Positions 26,271 through 31,206 of a stretch of DNA of 31,206 nucleotides are shown here, piece by piece. Made by a program: the position numbers and the translations under genes. The stretch comes from a virus (Duplodnaviria; Caudoviricetes), in IMG/VR virus record IMGVR_UViG_3300005662_000141, positions 1 through 31,206 of that record, one strand, 5' to 3'. Positions within the stretch are counted from its first letter, which is position 1, and the number at the start of each line of letters is the position of its first letter. Below the pieces are notes generated by a model. That model made no database searches, was not told the DNA's origin, and saw only the letters and a list, made by a program, of their open reading frames with translations.

Positions 26271-26553
26271 TTGCTTCCCTCGCTAGAATCTCTGCAATCT
26301 TGGCATCGATGATTGCCTGTGTCTCATCGCACCACTTCGGGTCATTGAATGGCGGGTCAAGGCTTCGCATCAAGTCCACCATCGCCTGTGCACGGTCGAT
26401 TGGCATTGTCAGTTTTGAATCGGAATATGCTGGAAGTGCAGCAACATACTTATGGAAATCCGCCAGTGTCACTGGACCGATTCGCTTTGGCTTTGACAGG
26501 TCCATCAGCTCAATCTTTTGATGGAACAATGAAGCGTCTGGTTCAAATTTCAT
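26257..26553 (-). CDS. Hypothetical protein
   Basis: 98 aa, GGAGA RBS, ATGA overlap. Confidence 0.7.
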   Translation of the reverse strand: MKFEPDASLFHQKIELMDLSKPKRIGPVTLADFHKYVAALPAYSDSKLTMPIDRAQAMVDLMRSLDPPFNDPKWCDETQAIIDAKIAEILAREANERS

Positions 26554-27257
26554 AAGGTTCTCTCCCAGGCATAGATGATTCTTTCCGTTGATTCGACTGG
26601 ACCGATTGAATCAAACTGCTTCATTGAAAATGTCCAGTGATGAAATTTCACGTCAACCATCATGGTGGACACTGGATCTCCGTCCTCATCAAACGCACCA
26701 GTTTCTTCGAATCTTGTTTCGATACTGAAGTGCTGATTTTCTGGTGTGATTTGCCTTGGTCGCTTGTAATACCAGCAGAACACGAGGTCTTTCAGCTCAT
26801 CAAATAGTTTCTCTCCATCCGGTATCGTAAGTGCTTTTCCAAGTGGCTTGAGTGCTGCAAGGCTTTGAAGGTTTTTCTTGACACGCATCTCCGTCAAGTG
26901 TGCTAGTCGGTCAAACATTTCCATCCTGAATGCGGTGAGCGCATATGCAGCCACATTTATCCCTTCTGGCTCAAATGCAACACATCCCATGATTGTGCCT
27001 TTTTTCTTGTACCGCAGCTGCACTCCGTCAGTAGACAACATTGGATGCGGTGCTTCCAACGACAGAGAATGGCCAGCAAGTGTATTCGAAACCTTTATGG
27101 TCTCACTGTAGTGCTTGAACAGTTCTGTCTTGACTGACTCAAACTCTGACAGATATGTCTGGTATTCCTCATCCGTCTGAAATGTTTCCCGCTCCAGTGA
27201 TGGCTTGATAGGAATGACCACTCTGCCTGTTGGGTCATCTTCAATATTGATAATCAT
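26550..27257 (-). CDS. Hypothetical protein
   Basis: 235 aa, GAGGA RBS, ATGA overlaps. Confidence 0.72.
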   Translation of the reverse strand: MIINIEDDPTGRVVIPIKPSLERETFQTDEEYQTYLSEFESVKTELFKHYSETIKVSNTLAGHSLSLEAPHPMLSTDGVQLRYKKKGTIMGCVAFEPEGINVAAYALTAFRMEMFDRLAHLTEMRVKKNLQSLAALKPLGKALTIPDGEKLFDELKDLVFCWYYKRPRQITPENQHFSIETRFEETGAFDEDGDPVSTMMVDVKFHHWTFSMKQFDSIGPVESTERIIYAWERTL

Positions 27258-27661
27258 GATTTGTCCTCACGTTCCGACCATTCATTGTCGAGCTTGACGC
27301 ACTCTTTGATGTATGCGACATCCAGCTCGCTTCCAGTGCCCTCTCGTTTGCCATGGTCCATCTTAGATATCCACCCGAACCACAGCTCAAAAATCCTTTG
27401 CAGTTCTTCCTGCGTGTAGTTCTTCTGCATCATTGGAGCATCCATTCGCAGAATCGGCTTGCCTGCCACCTTGATGCGCATGAACACCCAGATGCATTTA
27501 TCGTCCATGCCTTCAGGCATCGGTGGAGTGCCAGCCACTGGACCGACCACGTTCATGTGGACTTTGTATGTAGTGCCTTCGTGCTCGATGTCAGCCGGCT
27601 TATCTTGGCTCCACAAAGTTGTCCAGGAATCCCAATCAGATGCGCTGATTGTCATTTCCAT
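27254..27661 (-). CDS. Hypothetical protein
   Basis: 135-aa acidic ORF in a coupled operon. Confidence 0.68.
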   Translation of the reverse strand: MEMTISASDWDSWTTLWSQDKPADIEHEGTTYKVHMNVVGPVAGTPPMPEGMDDKCIWVFMRIKVAGKPILRMDAPMMQKNYTQEELQRIFELWFGWISKMDHGKREGTGSELDVAYIKECVKLDNEWSEREDKS

Positions 27662-27891
27662 ACTGCCTGACCATCATCGGCGATGTAGCCAAGAATCCAG
27701 TCGTTGACCAGTATGTCGACACCACCAATTTCAAACTCATCCCAAACCTCAATAATGCCATCACAGTCACGATATTCGAACTGCTTCGTGTCCTGATTGA
27801 ATACCATGAAATCACCCTGCTCAATGCATTCACGTGTCACAGCTGTTCCTGGCTGAAGTAGCCAGTTCAAAGCGTCTCCTGCTCTATTCAA
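27652..27891 (-). CDS. Small protein resembling DUF2829/Tad2-like fold
   Basis: 'DALNWLLQPGTAVTR ... DILVNDW' resembles the A(L)..L..G..V.R ... D.L..DW pattern; TTG start after GAGGAGG. Confidence 0.55.
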   Translation of the reverse strand: MNRAGDALNWLLQPGTAVTRECIEQGDFMVFNQDTKQFEYRDCDGIIEVWDEFEIGGVDILVNDWILGYIADDGQAVWK

Positions 27892-28358
27892 AGTTCCACC
27901 TCCTCAAATAACCACTGCCGAGTCTGTTGTCGTGTCAATGTGACTGGAGCCTTGTGCCAATCATAGGAATAAATGCCACGCCGATACTCCACAAGTTTGC
28001 CCTGCTCGATGGCGTATCGGTACAGGGATGAACCTTCCGCTCGAATCATCTTCCCCTGGCGCATGAGCTGCACAGCGTGTGGCCATGTCACTAGATCTGT
28101 GTGCGTCACAGGTCCCGGTTTGCCAGCCACATGAAAAGGGTATGGAGTGTCGTAATACTCTCTCCACAGGCGTTCATCCTTGAGCATCCATCGCTGTACG
28201 TTGTTCCAATGGTAACCGCCAGCTCGTAGCGATGCGGTTGACTTTGCGACTCCAGAGTCCACCAAACGCCTGACTTCACGCACAATACGGAGCCGTTTGT
28301 CGAATGGCTCACTTCGATATCGTCTGGTCTTTACTTGTCCGGGTTGTGCAGTTCCCAC
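27888..28358 (-). CDS. Putative HTH protein with C-terminal DUF2829/Tad2-like domain
   Basis: N-terminal 'LVDSGVAKSTASLRAGGYHWNNVQRW' (HTH-like) and C-terminal 'TWPHAVQLMRQGKMIR'. Confidence 0.5.
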   Translation of the reverse strand: MGTAQPGQVKTRRYRSEPFDKRLRIVREVRRLVDSGVAKSTASLRAGGYHWNNVQRWMLKDERLWREYYDTPYPFHVAGKPGPVTHTDLVTWPHAVQLMRQGKMIRAEGSSLYRYAIEQGKLVEYRRGIYSYDWHKAPVTLTRQQTRQWLFEEVEL

Positions 28359-28591
28359 TGATTTCCCCCTTCAAGCAGCTGTTCGAGAATCATATTCGGG
28401 AACTCGTTTGTGTCTCGCTCAAAGCGTGGAGTTCCTGACCCGTACACAGTGAAACCTGCAATATCAATGTCGTATTCAGCCCAAACAAAGCATCCAGCGG
28501 TCCACATGATGCGTCGTACACACTTGCCCTCGCGGAGTGCATCAAACGCTGCATACCCATCAAACTTAGGCTGTGATTCCCAATCCTTCAT
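28331..28591 (-). CDS. Small protein resembling DUF2829/Tad2-like fold
   Basis: 'AAFDALREGKCVRRIMW...CFVW ... QLL...NQWE'; GGAGG RBS 8 nt before ATG 28591. Confidence 0.6.
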   Translation of the reverse strand: MKDWESQPKFDGYAAFDALREGKCVRRIMWTAGCFVWAEYDIDIAGFTVYGSGTPRFERDTNEFPNMILEQLLEGGNQWELHNPDK

Positions 28592-28613
28592 TGTCCATAC
28601 CTCCCAGAATAGA

Positions 28614-28649
28614 ATCACCCCCGACAGTAGGCGCTCTGTCGAGGGTGAT
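28614..28649 (-). terminator. Stem-loop after the SSB-like gene (terminator-like)
   Basis: ATCACCCCCGACAG / CTGTCGAGGGTGAT inverted repeat with only a weak U-tract on the - strand. Confidence 0.5.
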
Positions 28650-28665
28650 GTCGTAGCCCTATACG

Positions 28666-29235
28666 CTACGCTTGCTTGCCGAATCTCCGTGTGCGAGACG
28701 CTGGCTCCGGAACACCGGCGGTTGCATCCGCTGGCATCTCGTCTTCAAACGGATCTGGAATGTCATCCGTCTGCACAGCTGCCTTTTGGAGTGGCTGAAT
28801 CTTGGCGGTTGCCTGTGGCTCATAGCGCTTCACACTTTCCACAGAGTTGCGAGCATAGCCGGCACTGTTGGTGTACTGACTGATGACCACGTTGTATTCG
28901 CCATCAAACAGCAGGTTGTCATCGAGTGCCTGAAACTCTTCGGCGGTGTAGCGCTTGCCGAGCATGCCATCCATCAGGATGGTGAGTTTCGCTTTGTCTG
29001 GACCATAAACAGTTCCGGTCCACTTGCGAAAACGGAATGGTTCACCCTTGCTGTTGCCAACTTCGGTGGTCTCGAAATCCCACTGGTACTGGTCAACCAT
29101 CTCAGTGCTCTGGAACTTTGTCGTTTGCGTCACTTGGACGTCAATGAGCCTGCACTTGTAAACACCAGCTGGTGCTGTGAAATCGCCACCACCTTCACTT
29201 CCCGTGGAAGTGTTGGTGTTCTTGAAGAATCCCAT
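28666..29235 (-). CDS. Putative phage single-stranded DNA-binding protein (DUF669-like OB fold)
   Basis: 'APAGVYKCRLIDV' N-terminal strand, acidic 'DDIPDPFEDE' tail, and location next to the replication gene. Confidence 0.65.
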   Translation of the reverse strand: MGFFKNTNTSTGSEGGGDFTAPAGVYKCRLIDVQVTQTTKFQSTEMVDQYQWDFETTEVGNSKGEPFRFRKWTGTVYGPDKAKLTILMDGMLGKRYTAEEFQALDDNLLFDGEYNVVISQYTNSAGYARNSVESVKRYEPQATAKIQPLQKAAVQTDDIPDPFEDEMPADATAGVPEPASRTRRFGKQA

Positions 29236-29305
29236 CGTATACCTCTGCCCTCAAACCGAGGGACTTGACTTGAACGTGTGACCACCCGATGTGGCCACCA
29301 TGCGT

Positions 29306-29335
29306 ATTATACACCAAACATCAAACAATCAAAAC
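29306..29335 (-). promoter_or_regulatory. Putative sigma70-type promoter for the SSB/accessory operon
   Basis: Perfect TATAAT (29306-29311 on the - strand), preceded by TTGATTGTTTGATGTTTGGTG and a T-rich upstream tract. Confidence 0.6.
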
Positions 29336-29506
29336 AAAAGATTATTGGCAATGCGGTTCCCGGCATAGGCGCTCCAGCGCCGTAATGCCAGGGGAACCGT
29401 TTTGCCAAACAAAGTGGTTGTTTCCAAAAAGGAAATAACCAGTGCACCTTCCCCCTGCTCACAATGGTTCCAAGTGTGCAGGGGGGTTTCCAAAGGGGGG
29501 AATATA

Positions 29507-29572
29507 CGACTGGTTCCGTATATTTATATACTTAACGGGAACCAGTCGCGGAACCAGTCGTGGGAACCAGTC
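29507..29572. repeat. GGAACCAGTC iterons (3 direct + 1 inverted) around an AT-rich spacer; candidate replication origin
   Basis: Direct copies at 29538-29547, 29550-29559 and 29563-29572; inverted copy at 29508-29517; TATATTTATATACTTAA lies between them. Confidence 0.75.
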
Positions 29573-30902
29573 AAAGCGCATCCGACGAGGTGATTTTGTA
29601 CCAGATCTGTGACTGCCGATGACCGACTTTGAAGTCAACCAGTCCATCACTTTTGAGGTTTTCCAAACTGTTTTGCACATCCTCTTTCCGCTTGTGCAGA
29701 TGTTTCACGAGTAAGTTAAACGACCATCCGTCAGGCTGTGCCTCTAGGGCCTCAAAAATCGCCGATTCTAGCGCCTTTTCACGCTTCACCGCCCTATGTG
29801 CCATGTCCATGGTTTTGACGCTCGTGAAGCCACCATCGTCCTCAATCTCGATATTGCAAACCAGTTTGTCATCATCCGGAATGTGGCGAGTCTTTGTCTG
29901 AATCATCCGGTACGTGGCGTCTGGTTGCTTTGTGACGCTGAAGCTCGCATCGTTCATCGCTCCGATTTCACCAGCCCCACGCATCGAGTCTTGAACACCA
30001 CCGCCCATTCCACTCGGTTTCTTGTCGTGGTGTAGCACCACCAGCGTGATGCCTTCAGCCATGAAAAGATTGAACGCTTTGTAGAGCTTCCGCATGTCGG
30101 TGTTCGAGTTCTCGTCAAATCTGTGGACTCGCACCAGGGAGTCAACGCACAGCAGTTTGGTTTCGTATCGTCTGCACATTTCCAGCAGTGCTTGCACACG
30201 ATCGTGGTCACCAAAGTCCATGTCGGTGCGTCCGAGATACCGGAACCCGGCTGCACTCTCAGCGGTCAAAGACAAACGCTTCAGGCGCTTGATGGTGTTT
30301 CCGACGCCCATCTCTTCATCGATGAGCAACACGTTTTGCTTATTCACTTGGAACTCGCCGAGCCACTTTTCACCAGTCAGTGCAGCTCGAATCAGGTCAT
30401 AAAGAATCCATGACTTGCCGTGTCCTGGTTGTGCGCTGATGAAGTGCAAGCCACCAGTGAGAATAAAGTTTTCGACCAGCCAGTCAGTAGAACCGAGTGC
30501 TTCCGCAGCTGCTTCCATCTCTTCCCAGGACAGCGCCTCTGTGACGGTTGGTGCATCGTCACGCCCCGGCGTGTCAAGTTCCATATCGCCATCAGCCCAT
30601 TGCACCCAGAATCGGCGCACGGAGCTGTCCACTTCCTCGAATGGCAGTGGCGGTTCGCAGTAGTCACGGTTCCAACTGTGTGCGAAGAACAACGCCATTC
30701 CGAGCGGGATTCGATGCCGACGCATGAAGCCACACACACGCACCAGCTCGTGGTTCCTGCGCCCTTCTAGCGCCTTCTGGAAGGTATCCCCGAAGGATGC
30801 CTCCAGATGTTCGATGGCATCGAATAACTGCGATTTGTCAGCCGTGCCAGTTTGCATCGCAGCGAGTAGCGCTGTGATGTCGAGCGGGTCAAGTTCGTCC
30901 AT
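29571..30902 (-). CDS. Replication protein: PriCT-1 domain + AAA_25 (RepA/RecA-like) helicase + C-terminal winged helix
   Basis: 'EGRRNHEL...WNRDYCEPPLPFEEVD' (PriCT-1), Walker A 'AQPGHGKS', 'VLLIDEEM', Walker B 'LCVDSL', 'DENSN', 'LHHDKK' and 'MRGA'. ATG 30902 has a GGAAGGA RBS. Confidence 0.85.
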   Translation of the reverse strand: MDELDPLDITALLAAMQTGTADKSQLFDAIEHLEASFGDTFQKALEGRRNHELVRVCGFMRRHRIPLGMALFFAHSWNRDYCEPPLPFEEVDSSVRRFWVQWADGDMELDTPGRDDAPTVTEALSWEEMEAAAEALGSTDWLVENFILTGGLHFISAQPGHGKSWILYDLIRAALTGEKWLGEFQVNKQNVLLIDEEMGVGNTIKRLKRLSLTAESAAGFRYLGRTDMDFGDHDRVQALLEMCRRYETKLLCVDSLVRVHRFDENSNTDMRKLYKAFNLFMAEGITLVVLHHDKKPSGMGGGVQDSMRGAGEIGAMNDASFSVTKQPDATYRMIQTKTRHIPDDDKLVCNIEIEDDGGFTSVKTMDMAHRAVKREKALESAIFEALEAQPDGWSFNLLVKHLHKRKEDVQNSLENLKSDGLVDFKVGHRQSQIWYKITSSDAL

Positions 30903-31206
30903 TATCTGTCCTTCCAAACCAGTCAATCAAAAGATTCGCCACCTCGAAACTGTGTGTCCGCATGCCTAGTTTCCGATGGTCTTCACAGTCTAACACAGCG
31001 CCATTGAAGTCATTGACCAGCAACTGCCCCCCGGCTGTTGTCTCGCCAAGGTATCGATTCGTGTCATCCACTGGCAGTTCGTCCATGCTTGCTTTGGCCA
31101 ACAAAGCAACCCAGCGGTCACCGAATGGATGTGACTGCACAGTCTCGGTGATGTGTGTCAGTGCAGCTGTTGGATGCCGAAGCAACACCACATCAAGTGG
31201 TTCGTC
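30889..31206 (-). CDS. Hypothetical protein, probably 5'-truncated by the window edge
   Basis: The frame is open to the end of the window and overlaps the start of the helicase gene. Confidence 0.5.
   Translation of the reverse strand, partial: DEPLDVVLLRHPTAALTHITETVQSHPFGDRWVALLAKASMDELPVDDTNRYLGETTAGGQLLVNDFNGAVLDCEDHRKLGMRTHSFEVANLLIDWFGRTDNGRT

Noticed and set aside
29507-29572. Short repeats as a mini-CRISPR array
   Set aside because: The repeats are 10 bp with 2-3 bp gaps, there are no spacer-sized unique sequences, and there are no cas genes.
1-31206. Stop-codon reassignment, tRNA genes or integrase/att sites
   Set aside because: Core genes are full-length in the standard code and end in TAA, TGA and TAG. 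I saw no cloverleaf or recombinase motifs.

Overview
This window is a large part of a tailed dsDNA phage genome with an HK97-type head and a predicted non-contractile tail. No integrase, tRNA or host gene is visible. A short + strand early block (a 164-aa unknown protein, an ERF-type single-strand annealing protein and a small ORF) meets a long - strand arm at a bidirectional terminator (~1273-1306). Read right to left, the - strand arm carries: a PriCT/AAA_25 primase-helicase-like gene, an iteron-like origin candidate, an SSB-like gene, and small accessory ORFs (three resemble DUF2829/Tad2). It continues with an HNH nuclease, TerS, TerL, portal, a gp7/MuF-like protein, prohead protease, major capsid protein and head-tail joining proteins. 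An inserted ~5 kb block of holin-like and Ser/Thr/Gly-rich virion-appendage genes comes next. The arm ends with tail completion proteins, the major tail protein, a tail chaperone with a -1 frameshift (C CCA AAC), the tape measure protein, two large tail-tip proteins, a CHAP endolysin and a metallophosphoesterase. All product calls come from motif recognition and gene order, not database searches.
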